64,000 nt of DNA from Candidatus Iainarchaeum sp. (GTDB lineage: Archaea; Iainarchaeota; Iainarchaeia; Iainarchaeales; DTGL01), in the NCBI GenBank assembly GCA_026413945.1, contig JAOAJX010000005.1, positions 1-64,000 of the forward strand. The letters are read 5' to 3'. A program made the position numbers and the translations under genes. The notes beneath the pieces are model-generated. The model had not been told where the DNA came from and did not search any database. It saw only the letters and a program-made list of their open reading frames with translations. Shown here one piece after another: positions 8,630 to 18,528 of this stretch. Position 1 is the first letter of the stretch. Each line of letters starts with the position of its first letter.

Positions 8630-11600
8630 ATGAAGATAAAAAAGATGTTTTTGTTAGCATTTGCAACCTTAATTTTTGCTGAATCTTTTGCCGGAACACT
8701 TAATGTAACTGTAAACCCAAACCCATTTGAGCAAGGTAGCCTTACAACTTTTACAATATACCTCCCACAAAATGAAACCGTCAGAACCCTTACGATTGAC
8801 TTTTATTCTGGTACTCAGTTCTTATTCCAGGTTTCTCCAAGAATAACTAGTCCAACAACTCTTTACGGCTGGAACGGTTGTAACCCTAATAATAACCAGT
8901 GCCTCCCGCCTGGTACTTATTCTTATGTTGTGAAAGCAGGCTGTGGTTGTGGTGGAAGAAGCACCTACGAGGCCACTGGCAACGTAACAATTGTTGCTGC
9001 TGGTGGTGGTACACAACCACCAAGCGGCTGTTATGCCACAGAAAGTGAGTGCAAAAACAATAACGCACACAAATGCAATTGTGGGCAAGCAGTTAACTGC
9101 CAATATGACTCTGTAAACAAATGCTATCTCTTTAGTAACTGTGATAATTCAAAGTGTGCTTCTGGTGGCGGTGGTGGTACACAGCCACCAACAGCAAAGG
9201 TTTCAGTAACTTCTTTTTTGCAAATGATTGGTCAGTGCGGAGCAATAAACTATGCCGCAATTGCTGAGTGTCCAACAGAGGGTCCTACTGCATACCCTGA
9301 AGAAGGAAAGTTGGGTTATTGGTGCAAAGTAAGGAATGCTGGTTCGCCAGGACAAGAAGGTGCGATAAGATATTGGGCGGTTTTGAGTAATGATCCTAAT
9401 AATCAATATGATGACCTTTCATATGAGATTTACATTTTCTACGCAAAAAGAGTATGTCAAAATCCGCCACAGGCTGAATATGTTGGTTGTGATCAATGCA
9501 TATTGTTACTTGAAAATATGAATGTTGTTCACGAAGCACCAAAATCAGTTGTTGATGGCGCTATTGCAACATTAAAGAGACACCAAAGTTGTGGCGGTGG
9601 CGGTGGTGGAGCACCAGGCCCAGGGCCTGGTCCAGGCCCAAGCACACCAGCACCGCCTTCATCGCCCTCACCTCAACAATCCCCTGCTCCAGTACCATCA
9701 CAAGAGCCACCAGCGAGCGGCGGTGGCATAACAGCAGATGCTAGGCCAAACCCCTTCCAACAAGGTAGCACAACAACATTTACTATTACTGCTCAATCAG
9801 GCCAAGCGATTTCACAAATATACATTGAAATTTATGACCTTACCGGAAGCAAAGTCTATGATAGCGGGTGGGTTAATGGAAATAAGTTAGTTTGGAACGG
9901 TATTGGTAATTATGGCAGATGGAATAACGTTGCGTTGAGGACACAGGCATACATTTTTGTTGCCTCAGCAAAGGTTGGCTCTGAAACAAAGGGCCCAGCA
10001 AGAGGTTATGTTTATATAGTTCCGGCTAGTGGTGGTCCAGCAAAATCGCCTTCACCAGGCACTAGCCAAGGCCCAGGCGGCCCAGCACAATCACCTGGGC
10101 AAAGCCCAGGGCAGCCAGCAACGCAAGTACCACCAGGTAATGAATGCCAAACAAATGCTGACTGTGTTTGCAATGACGCCTGCTATAATGGGCGTTGCAT
10201 ACACCCAGAGCTTACAATAAATGGAAGCGCAAACACTCTTTTGGCATATACTGGCAAACCTTTAGAAACAACGATTGTTTGGACAATAACTAATGCTGGA
10301 GATGATGCCGCAGTGCTAAAAGATGTGAAGCCCAGCGGCTGCGAAAACGTAACATGTGAACTTCAAATTCAGGCAGGCACAACTATAAAAATAGCCGGCA
10401 ATACCAATCAGGAGCTTAGGAAGAAAGATTCAAAAATAAATCTTGAAGGTAAAGATACAAAAGTTATTGAAAAAGGATTGAAGTTAGAATTACAGAGCAA
10501 CTTTAAATTTGATTATGGCGAAGTTGAAGTTGGCCTGGACTGGAAAGCAGTCAAACTGAAGAACATTTACACAAGCCCAATAGTTGTTGCTAAGCCAATT
10601 GAATCTTGCTCTAGCAATGGCAAAACACAATGTGACAAGGTTGTTGTGAGGATTAAAAACGTGCAGACAAATTCTTTTGAAATCAGACTGCAAAAATGGG
10701 GTGAAGGTTGGAACCAACCTCTCACAAGGAACTATAAAGTTCAGTACCTTGTTTTAGAAGAAGGTACAAATGACTTAAATGGACTTCAAATAGAAGCGGG
10801 TAAGTTTAAAGCCACACAAAGCGTAGTCTTCAACATATATAAAAGCAAATTCTCTACTACACCAATATTAATTACAAGCATAGCTACCTTTAATGGATCT
10901 CATCCTGCAGTTACCAGAAATCGGAACCCAATCCCATGTGTTGGAGTCTTTGCATTATTCTGCAAAATCGCTAATTTCGCAACAAACATACAGGAAGAGA
11001 AAACATTACTTAGGTATATTCATAGTGAAGAAGAAATTCATTATGTAGCCATTAGCACAGGTAAGGCGATAATTGGCGATACTCAATGGGAAATTAGGCG
11101 TATTCAAGGTGTTAACGATGAAGGTACTACAATATTCTATGAGAGCGACTTCCCAGAAACACCAATAGTAATAGCCGATTTTCAGACTGTTAATGATGAC
11201 GATCCGATAATGCTTAGATATTATAAGAAAGAAAGAGATTCAATACACTTCTTTGCTGCTGAAGAAGATTCATCTTTAATTGACATTTGTTGGTGGTGTC
11301 ATAGACCAGAAGATGTTGGCTATATTGCAATAGCCAAAACCGGATCAACAGGCCTTAAAGCAGTCATTGAAACAGACAAAGATGGCTGTACTTGCCCCCC
11401 ATGCACAATAAACTTTGACGGGTCAAAAAGCACAGGAAACATTGTCAGCTATGAGTGGGACTTCGGTGACAATAATGCCAAAGCAACAGGCCAGAAAGTA
11501 TCATATACTTACACTAAAAATGGAACTTATACAGTAAAGCTTACAGTGAAAGATTCTAACGGGAATAGTGCAAGCGCAACAAAGACAATAACTGTAAGCG

Positions 11601-13279
11601 ATTGTACGCAGCCGATAAAAGGAACCGTTATAGAGCCAGGAAGAAGTATAAAAATAATACAGAAAGTGAAAGGCCTTAACCCAGGAAAGTATGAGTTTGA
11701 CCTGCAGGCATCATACACAGACCTCTTCAATGCTAGTGCCAAACAAACAAATGAATGGAAAAAAATAATTGTTGAAGTCGCAAAGCTCGGAAGTGAGAAG
11801 TTCTCTGTAAAGCTTGTTGGTGAAGAGCAGGATTTCTGCATAGGCCCCAATGGATTGTTTGGCATTACCGGAAAAGCAGCGGTTCCTAAGGTAAAGCTAT
11901 CTTGGCAATTTGAAGGTGATGCTGCAATAAAAATTGATGATTGTGATGATAAGGGCACTGATAGTTTTATCTATTGTGATCCAACCCAATTCTCAATAGC
12001 GCTTGCCCAAAAACTTAAAAAAATATATGAATTAGCATCAAACAAAAGATATGCTGAAACAAAATCTTATACTTCCTTCAAAGCGCACTTAATAGGTGAC
12101 AATTATTCTGAGAATTTCCAAAAAGACTTTGTTAAGGCATATACCGAAGGATTCCTCAAAGCGCCGACTTGGTTTATATCGGGTGCAACACCTTGGAGCA
12201 AATATTTTTCTGATCCAAACGCCCTGAGTTTCGAGCCGAGGCAAATTGATAGTGGCCTTTACATCGTAACATTAGATATAAACTTCAACACTGAGGACTG
12301 GGTATTTTTTAGAGAAGGTAAGCCAGATGCTAAAATTAAAGTCAAATTCGAAAAAGTACGTGATGCTGCAGCAGATGTTGAGGAAATACCATTCTACTAC
12401 TTACCTTTCAATGGTCTTGTAGGAAAAGACGGGCGCACAGATTATGGCATTGGCTACACTAACCAAAACAACCCAATCGTAATAAGTGTTGTTGGAAATG
12501 CTGATAAAATTGAAACAAGCACCCCAAGAGGAAGAATGCATATTAGTACAGCCATATATAGCGAACTTAAAGATATTTTGAATGCACAAAATAATCTTTT
12601 CAAAGTCGATTTGGCTGGGAAGAAGATTGAGCTCTACATCAGCCAACCGATGCCAATTCTAATGGGTATAAGAAGCAAAAATGGTCGTGGAGAATGTTTC
12701 TATAAAATATACAGCTTACAATCTGCAATTGGCTCTGGATTTGATGGCATAAGCTACTGGACAGGCATAGCAACGTCGCCAGACCTCAATTGTCGCGACT
12801 TTTCTGGCTTAGAACTGCCTCTAAAGAAGAAAGACACACAGGCAGCCCTTATAGACAGCAGCTGTGCAGCAAAAAAGAACAATCTGCCAGCGTTTGGCTT
12901 TTACTGGAATGGTGTTCCAAACAACCAAAGTTTGTTCTTGAGCACTGTATTCTATACACCACATGGTAAAAAAATGAGCATATCCAATGCATGTAGTTCA
13001 GATGTTTGTTTATTGGCCTCTAAATCAGGATTATCAAGAGACATAGGTGAAAGTTTAAGCTTAGATAGTTCACTTAAGGCAGAAAAAATAAGTGAAATAA
13101 TCCCTCTTATTGAGCAAGAGTATGTTTGCATTGTGCCAGAATTAGAAGGTGTTCACCCATCACAGAATAGCTATGTCTTCTTCTGGAACGAGCAAAAGCT
13201 CCTAAAAGATTTAGAGATAGCTAAGACAAGGGTTGCGAGCGAATGGGGATTTAACTGGCAGAATTATAAATGCGATTGA
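8630..13279 (+). CDS. Giant secreted mosaic surface protein (FlgD-Ig-like x2, Cys-rich, Pro/Gly linkers, lectin-like repeats, PKD)
   Basis: Signal peptide MKIKKMFLLAFATLIFAESFA; two PNPF.QGS.TTFTI domains; PKD motif FDGSKS.GNIVSYEWDFGD. Confidence 0.8.
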   Translation: MKIKKMFLLAFATLIFAESFAGTLNVTVNPNPFEQGSLTTFTIYLPQNETVRTLTIDFYSGTQFLFQVSPRITSPTTLYGWNGCNPNNNQCLPPGTYSYVVKAGCGCGGRSTYEATGNVTIVAAGGGTQPPSGCYATESECKNNNAHKCNCGQAVNCQYDSVNKCYLFSNCDNSKCASGGGGGTQPPTAKVSVTSFLQMIGQCGAINYAAIAECPTEGPTAYPEEGKLGYWCKVRNAGSPGQEGAIRYWAVLSNDPNNQYDDLSYEIYIFYAKRVCQNPPQAEYVGCDQCILLLENMNVVHEAPKSVVDGAIATLKRHQSCGGGGGGAPGPGPGPGPSTPAPPSSPSPQQSPAPVPSQEPPASGGGITADARPNPFQQGSTTTFTITAQSGQAISQIYIEIYDLTGSKVYDSGWVNGNKLVWNGIGNYGRWNNVALRTQAYIFVASAKVGSETKGPARGYVYIVPASGGPAKSPSPGTSQGPGGPAQSPGQSPGQPATQVPPGNECQTNADCVCNDACYNGRCIHPELTINGSANTLLAYTGKPLETTIVWTITNAGDDAAVLKDVKPSGCENVTCELQIQAGTTIKIAGNTNQELRKKDSKINLEGKDTKVIEKGLKLELQSNFKFDYGEVEVGLDWKAVKLKNIYTSPIVVAKPIESCSSNGKTQCDKVVVRIKNVQTNSFEIRLQKWGEGWNQPLTRNYKVQYLVLEEGTNDLNGLQIEAGKFKATQSVVFNIYKSKFSTTPILITSIATFNGSHPAVTRNRNPIPCVGVFALFCKIANFATNIQEEKTLLRYIHSEEEIHYVAISTGKAIIGDTQWEIRRIQGVNDEGTTIFYESDFPETPIVIADFQTVNDDDPIMLRYYKKERDSIHFFAAEEDSSLIDICWWCHRPEDVGYIAIAKTGSTGLKAVIETDKDGCTCPPCTINFDGSKSTGNIVSYEWDFGDNNAKATGQKVSYTYTKNGTYTVKLTVKDSNGNSASATKTITVSDCTQPIKGTVIEPGRSIKIIQKVKGLNPGKYEFDLQASYTDLFNASAKQTNEWKKIIVEVAKLGSEKFSVKLVGEEQDFCIGPNGLFGITGKAAVPKVKLSWQFEGDAAIKIDDCDDKGTDSFIYCDPTQFSIALAQKLKKIYELASNKRYAETKSYTSFKAHLIGDNYSENFQKDFVKAYTEGFLKAPTWFISGATPWSKYFSDPNALSFEPRQIDSGLYIVTLDINFNTEDWVFFREGKPDAKIKVKFEKVRDAAADVEEIPFYYLPFNGLVGKDGRTDYGIGYTNQNNPIVISVVGNADKIETSTPRGRMHISTAIYSELKDILNAQNNLFKVDLAGKKIELYISQPMPILMGIRSKNGRGECFYKIYSLQSAIGSGFDGISYWTGIATSPDLNCRDFSGLELPLKKKDTQAALIDSSCAAKKNNLPAFGFYWNGVPNNQSLFLSTVFYTPHGKKMSISNACSSDVCLLASKSGLSRDIGESLSLDSSLKAEKISEIIPLIEQEYVCIVPELEGVHPSQNSYVFFWNEQKLLKDLEIAKTRVASEWGFNWQNYKCD

Positions 13280-13297
13280 ATTAATTAGTTAAACCAA

Positions 13298-14491
13298 TTA
13301 ACTGCTAAAGCGCTTTTCGAGAGCTGTTTTTACCTTTTCTACATCTAATCCAAGGCGTATAATTCTGCTTTGCCCTTTAAAGCCCTTTCCAGAATTTGTT
13401 GTTAATATTATTCCATATGTCTCCAATTCCCCAATATATTCCTGAAACCACCTTATGCTAACTGGTGCAATATTAAAGCGAGCTGCAATCTTCTTATATT
13501 CATCATATATTTCGCCAGAACACAGTGCATGCTCATCATCAAACCTCTTTATACCTCTCTTTTCGAATGTCAACCTTGAAATAGCATATATAACAAGCTG
13601 CTGTTGCTCAGGTAATGTTGAAATCATATCAATAGCGATTTCCTCTTCAACCTCACGCTTTGCTTTTCTTACTTCTACATCTGTTACTTTGTTCAGTAAC
13701 TCTTTTTCAGCTAATTCCCCAGCACGAAGCAGTAGCATAACAGCAGCTCTAGCATCACCAGACTCTTGGGCTGCAATTGCCGCTGCATATTTTATTGCTG
13801 ATTCGTCAACAACACCTTTTTTAAAAGCCATCTTTACTCTCTCACGAAGTATTTCAGCAAGTTCTTCAGCATTGTAGGGTGGAAATACAATCTCTTTCTC
13901 ACATAAAGAGCTTTTTGTTCTTGCATCAAGGCGCTCCTTGAATGTTAATTGATTGCTTATCCCAATGATAGATATAGCCCCTTTTTTAAGTTCTTCGTTT
14001 GCCCTTGTCAGTGCATATATAAGTTCATCAAGATCTTTTACTTTATCAATTTCATCCATCGCAACAATAAGCTTTGCCTGATTTTTCTCACAATAAGCCA
14101 AAAGGTTTTCATAGACAAAAGTACCACTATAGCCAATTATATCCCTCTCAGGCAAAAGCTTTTGCACTACATTACTCAAGACTTTGTATTTGCTATTATA
14201 TTGCCTACAGTTCGCATAAATAGTCCTTATTCTTAAACTGTTTTTTTTTGCAAACTCATCTAGTTGGTTTATAACATACTTTGTGCAGCTTGTCTTTCCA
14301 GTGCCAGGTTTGCCATAAATGAAAAGATTAGTTGGTCTGTCCCCCTTTGTACAAGCACTTAGAACCGAAACCATGTCTTCAATCTGCTTTTCCCTAAAAG
14401 GGAGCTTCTCTGGAAGATATGATGGCAACATTATGCCTCTATTCTCAAAAATTTTGCTTTCAAAGTCGCATTTATCAAATATATTACCCAT
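13298..14491 (-). CDS. cdc6: Orc1/Cdc6 replication initiator
   Basis: LPFREKQI, Walker A YGKPGTGKT, Walker B MDEID, FPPYNAEEL, GDAR and a winged-helix C-terminus. Start placed at MGNIF. Confidence 0.93.
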   Translation of the reverse strand: MGNIFDKCDFESKIFENRGIMLPSYLPEKLPFREKQIEDMVSVLSACTKGDRPTNLFIYGKPGTGKTSCTKYVINQLDEFAKKNSLRIRTIYANCRQYNSKYKVLSNVVQKLLPERDIIGYSGTFVYENLLAYCEKNQAKLIVAMDEIDKVKDLDELIYALTRANEELKKGAISIIGISNQLTFKERLDARTKSSLCEKEIVFPPYNAEELAEILRERVKMAFKKGVVDESAIKYAAAIAAQESGDARAAVMLLLRAGELAEKELLNKVTDVEVRKAKREVEEEIAIDMISTLPEQQQLVIYAISRLTFEKRGIKRFDDEHALCSGEIYDEYKKIAARFNIAPVSIRWFQEYIGELETYGIILTTNSGKGFKGQSRIIRLGLDVEKVKTALEKRFSS

Positions 14492-14661
14492 AACCCCCAT
14501 AAATATTAAAATTAACAAAAATATAAAATGACAAATGGTTTGGAATCCAACATTATGACCTTTATAAACTTTGAACTTTCTAACTTAAAGTGATGTTTAT
14601 AAATTTAATTATATGCCTTAATATATAGTTTAGTGTAAGGCAAAAAGGTGAGGTGATATTT

Positions 14662-15018
14662 TTGGCATTGCTAAACAAGGTTTTTAAAAAGGAAGAATTT
14701 GACATTGAAGAATTTCTAAATAGCCTTGATGTTGAAGAAGAGACAATGTATGAAGATGTCGATGCTTTTGTAAAGCCAATGGTTCTTTCTGAGGAGGCTG
14801 ATGTTGACAAGGTTATTAAGGAAGTGAGGTCTGGTAACATAATTCTTCTCAATGTTGAGGCGCTCACAAAGAGAAATGTCCTAAAAGTAAAGGAATATGT
14901 GAATAAGTTAAAGTCGTTTGTTGGTGAGATAGACGGTGACATAGCAAGGATTTCACATGACCGGATAATAATTACTCCCTCCAAGGTAAAAATAATAAAG
15001 AAGAAAATAAAGGAGTAA
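14662..15018 (+). CDS. sepF: SepF/DUF552 family cell-division protein
   Basis: GNIILLNV...GDIARI...IIITP.KVKI signature; GAGGTGA SD before the TTG start. Confidence 0.8.
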   Translation: MALLNKVFKKEEFDIEEFLNSLDVEEETMYEDVDAFVKPMVLSEEADVDKVIKEVRSGNIILLNVEALTKRNVLKVKEYVNKLKSFVGEIDGDIARISHDRIIITPSKVKIIKKKIKE

Positions 15019-15108
15019 ACCAGCTACAATTATCTTAATAATGGAAAGCAGCTTCAATAATCTTAAACCTAGGTTAATGGTGCTGTTTTCCCTTTATATT
15101 TTTTTCAT

Positions 15109-18100
15109 TTATTGCAAAAAATCAGCCAGCATTCTTTGTGATTTTGTTTGTGTTTTGAAAAGAGATCCTATCTCATCTTCAATTTGCAACACTCTTTGTT
15201 CCAAGTATTCTCCCAAACTATAATCTTTAATTATTTTTTTGGTAACTTCTAAGTATTTTTCAACGCTACCTTGAGCTATTGTTAATGTAAGACCTTCCTT
15301 GCCACATTTTAAACATTTTCCACTGAGTGGTATTCTCCTATATTTTGAATTGCAATTAGTACACCGAAACTGTTGCCTGCAGAATGACCTCGTGTTCCCT
15401 ATAATATCAGGCAAGAGATGAGTTTCTATTACCCTTGCAAGAGAGTCTTTTAGATTAACTGCCTTTATTTTTCTCTGGAGCTGAGCTTGCCTGAAAACTT
15501 TTTCCTCCATAGTTTTGAGCATTACATACGTTGAGTACTCTGGTCCTAAACAAATATCAGAAGATTCATGTGTATACAGAAAGCCACTATACTGTTTTTC
15601 AGTGTTAAGACGGTCTTCAACACATTCAAACTTAACTGCTTCAGGCATGGCAAAATTTAGGCTTTTCTCATATAATTCTAAAGGATATTTATCCACAATA
15701 TCCATGCAATAAACTTCAGTATCTATTTCATCTGGCTTCAGAATAGTAGTGAAAACCAAGGGTGCATCCATTCTCCCTCCGCGAGAACTCGAAAGATATT
15801 CTTGTGAAAAATTTAGTAGTACATCCATAAGCAACAGCAGCGAATCCTGATCACCATCCGCATTTCTCCTTTTCGTCTGGTGAAAATATGGGTGTGCCAA
15901 ACATCCTCTAGTTTTTGTAAAACCTATTATTCTTCCAACTATTGCTGCTGATGTGTGTGGTGCAAGTGCAAGTACATAATGGCCTACCAAATCTTCCTTA
16001 GTTTTTACATTATAAAACGGCTTCATTCCATAGAATCTATTAAGTTCGTCGTCAACAAAGTTCGCGACTTTCACTAAAAAGTCACCAGCCTTATTATGTA
16101 TAATTATGTCTTGCGGCATTATTTCCAAGATTTGCTCTTCACTTATAATATTACATCCAAATAAATCATTTTTATAGCCCAATTCTTTGAGCTTTTTTAT
16201 ACTTGTATTTATCTCTTTTGGTTTGAAGTGGGTGATTGGAATATTTATGAGATCATATCGTATTGTCCCATCTCTGAATGTGTGCAAATTGTATTTTGCC
16301 CTCAATAAGCCTTTTTCCAATGGTTCAAATACTTTATCAGTACTTATTAATCCATGAACCCCTTTAAATGGGTTTGGAATCTTTAGATCTAATTCATTAG
16401 CGGCTTCTTTTAGTAACAAATCTAATCTTTCCTTTCTAACAGCATATGGCTTTGTGTAATTTCCACACTTATCACAAACTTTATCTTGTACTTTTATTTT
16501 ACATGACGGGCAAAAATTTACTGAAATCGTCCGACATTTACACTTGTTGCAGAAGTATTTTGGCATAATCTGATTACATTTTGGGCATTGCATGGTTATT
16601 ATTTCAATATCAATTCCAATTCTTTTCTCCGATTCCATCGCGGCTTTATTTATGCTCCTAGTGTTACCCCCATATTCACCAATAGGAAACAAAGTGTGTG
16701 GGCTGCCTTTCATAAGCCTTTCGCCAGAAGCTTCAGGCCTGCCCATCCTCGCGCCTAGAAAAGTTCCACACTTGTCCCTTATCCTAATACCACACAAGCG
16801 ACTAATAAACTTGTTAACGTCTTCGCCAACATTCATTGCTGCTTTATCTATTTCAACTTTTCCAAATAAAGAAATAAGAACTTCTGAATCAGGTTCACTT
16901 ATAACTATTTTTGACTCCTGACATTTGTGTGGTAAACCAATCTTTTCAAGGATTTCTTTTATACTCCTTTCGTATTCAATCATAAGCTCTTTTTCGTTAT
17001 TGCTATAATTTCTCCTAACTGCTCTTACCAGTGCCTTAATTTCTTCAGTATTTAAAGCCCCATAATAGTATGTGAAGCGTGGATGTAACGGTATGTTATA
17101 TCTTTTAGATAGCTCAATTGCATCATTGAAAGAAACTTTTTTCGGATCATTCAATGCTTTTAAAGCTATCTTATGTTCTTCACTGGCCAAATTGTTTGCT
17201 TTGATTGCTTCTTCAAGCTCTAGCGCCCACCAATCTTCATTATAGCCAGCTGGCAATAAAGGATGTGCACTGTATTTGAAATCGCCATACGCTATAAGTA
17301 TATCTCCCAAAAAGAGAATCTTATCCAACTTATCTTTAATTGCTTTTGCCTGCTCAAATGAATCAACTTTTACAACTGATTCATCATTTAATTTTACAAT
17401 TGGACCTTCGATGCTATCACAAGAAGTTATAACTGCCGATTTGCCGGGCCTTTCAATTTTTATCTGCGTGCCTATCGCAAGAAAATCGTCTAGCAATACC
17501 ATCGTTGCTGGATGAACTGCTTTGCACATGATGCCGCTTGCTCTGCTTCTACCGTACCTTAGCCTGAAACCACCAATCTCTCCGGGATAACTGAAAATCG
17601 GTCTTCCGACAGCAACACCTTCCAGGTACTTGTAACTAGGTTCAATTTCCAAAATAGATTGTTCGCTTTTCTCATGCTTTATTATTCCTTCGAGCCAATT
17701 CCAATCAAGGTTTAACATCGATGCAAACTTTAGTGCTTTTCTTGCTTTTAATGCGACACCCTCACTTATGACTAGGCAAGCACCACCTCTAACTCTGTTA
17801 TGAGGTATCCTTGGAAGGTCTCTATGAACAGATACCTCTCGCTCTTCTGTTGGTTCACCATTTATGCAAACAGGACAACCGTTTATTATTTTCCGTATCT
17901 CATCGTCGCTCATTTTATATTGTCTACTAACTATTTCATCATAGATCTGTATCTCTTCAACATATCTCTCGACTTCGTCTTTTGTTGGTTTGTATCTGTC
18001 GAGGCCTAAAAGCTTCCTTGCATAATCACCAAGTATAAGCGGTAAAACTTGTGCAGTTCCTCCGGCAGCTCTTATTGGACCAGCATAGTATATATCTATG

Positions 18101-18528
18101 TAATTTGTGCCATCAGGATTCTTTGATATTTTTATTTTAGTTATACCATCTATTGGCGCAACAACCACTCCTTCAGTCTGAAGCACCAAAGCTGTTTTTA
18201 TTGCTTGCTCAATCCTATTTTCCTCATTTGGAATATTACAGATTTTATTTAGAACAATCTCCTCAAAAATCTTAAATATCGCTTTAATGCGCTTGTTTTC
18301 CCCGGAAAGCCCATCTACTATTTGACGATATCTTTTGGCAACACCTTTTGGACCAGTTATAGTTTCAGCCCTCTCAGCAAGATCGCTAACCGACCTGGTT
18401 TCAACGTCTTCACAAAAATCAAAACCTTTTTTTCTTGCTTCTTTTGCTATAGAAAAAGCATTTCTAACGTCTACCTCTATTTTCTTATAGTATTCTTTAA
18501 TATTTGCGTCTGCAATAACTTCCATCAA
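15109..18528 (-). CDS. polC: DNA polymerase D large subunit DP2
   Basis: YAGPIRAAGGTAQ, GFRLRYGRSR, RRNADGDQD, RGGRMDAPLV and Zn-finger Cys clusters; no intein apparent. Confidence 0.96.
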   Translation of the reverse strand: MMEVIADANIKEYYKKIEVDVRNAFSIAKEARKKGFDFCEDVETRSVSDLAERAETITGPKGVAKRYRQIVDGLSGENKRIKAIFKIFEEIVLNKICNIPNEENRIEQAIKTALVLQTEGVVVAPIDGITKIKISKNPDGTNYIDIYYAGPIRAAGGTAQVLPLILGDYARKLLGLDRYKPTKDEVERYVEEIQIYDEIVSRQYKMSDDEIRKIINGCPVCINGEPTEEREVSVHRDLPRIPHNRVRGGACLVISEGVALKARKALKFASMLNLDWNWLEGIIKHEKSEQSILEIEPSYKYLEGVAVGRPIFSYPGEIGGFRLRYGRSRASGIMCKAVHPATMVLLDDFLAIGTQIKIERPGKSAVITSCDSIEGPIVKLNDESVVKVDSFEQAKAIKDKLDKILFLGDILIAYGDFKYSAHPLLPAGYNEDWWALELEEAIKANNLASEEHKIALKALNDPKKVSFNDAIELSKRYNIPLHPRFTYYYGALNTEEIKALVRAVRRNYSNNEKELMIEYERSIKEILEKIGLPHKCQESKIVISEPDSEVLISLFGKVEIDKAAMNVGEDVNKFISRLCGIRIRDKCGTFLGARMGRPEASGERLMKGSPHTLFPIGEYGGNTRSINKAAMESEKRIGIDIEIITMQCPKCNQIMPKYFCNKCKCRTISVNFCPSCKIKVQDKVCDKCGNYTKPYAVRKERLDLLLKEAANELDLKIPNPFKGVHGLISTDKVFEPLEKGLLRAKYNLHTFRDGTIRYDLINIPITHFKPKEINTSIKKLKELGYKNDLFGCNIISEEQILEIMPQDIIIHNKAGDFLVKVANFVDDELNRFYGMKPFYNVKTKEDLVGHYVLALAPHTSAAIVGRIIGFTKTRGCLAHPYFHQTKRRNADGDQDSLLLLMDVLLNFSQEYLSSSRGGRMDAPLVFTTILKPDEIDTEVYCMDIVDKYPLELYEKSLNFAMPEAVKFECVEDRLNTEKQYSGFLYTHESSDICLGPEYSTYVMLKTMEEKVFRQAQLQRKIKAVNLKDSLARVIETHLLPDIIGNTRSFCRQQFRCTNCNSKYRRIPLSGKCLKCGKEGLTLTIAQGSVEKYLEVTKKIIKDYSLGEYLEQRVLQIEDEIGSLFKTQTKSQRMLADFLQ

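Noticed and set aside
9590-10135. CRISPR-like or tandem DNA repeats
   Set aside because: These are low-complexity Gly/Pro/Ser linker codons without a repeat-spacer period.
14492-14652. Replication origin upstream of cdc6
   Set aside because: AT-rich with one short palindrome (TTGGAATCCAA), but no repeated ORB or mini-ORB boxes were recognisable. It is explicable as divergent promoters.
15109-18528. Inteins in DP2, and likewise in Hel308, aIF5B or RtcB
   Set aside because: Lengths are normal, the motifs are contiguous and no intein-like insertion was seen.
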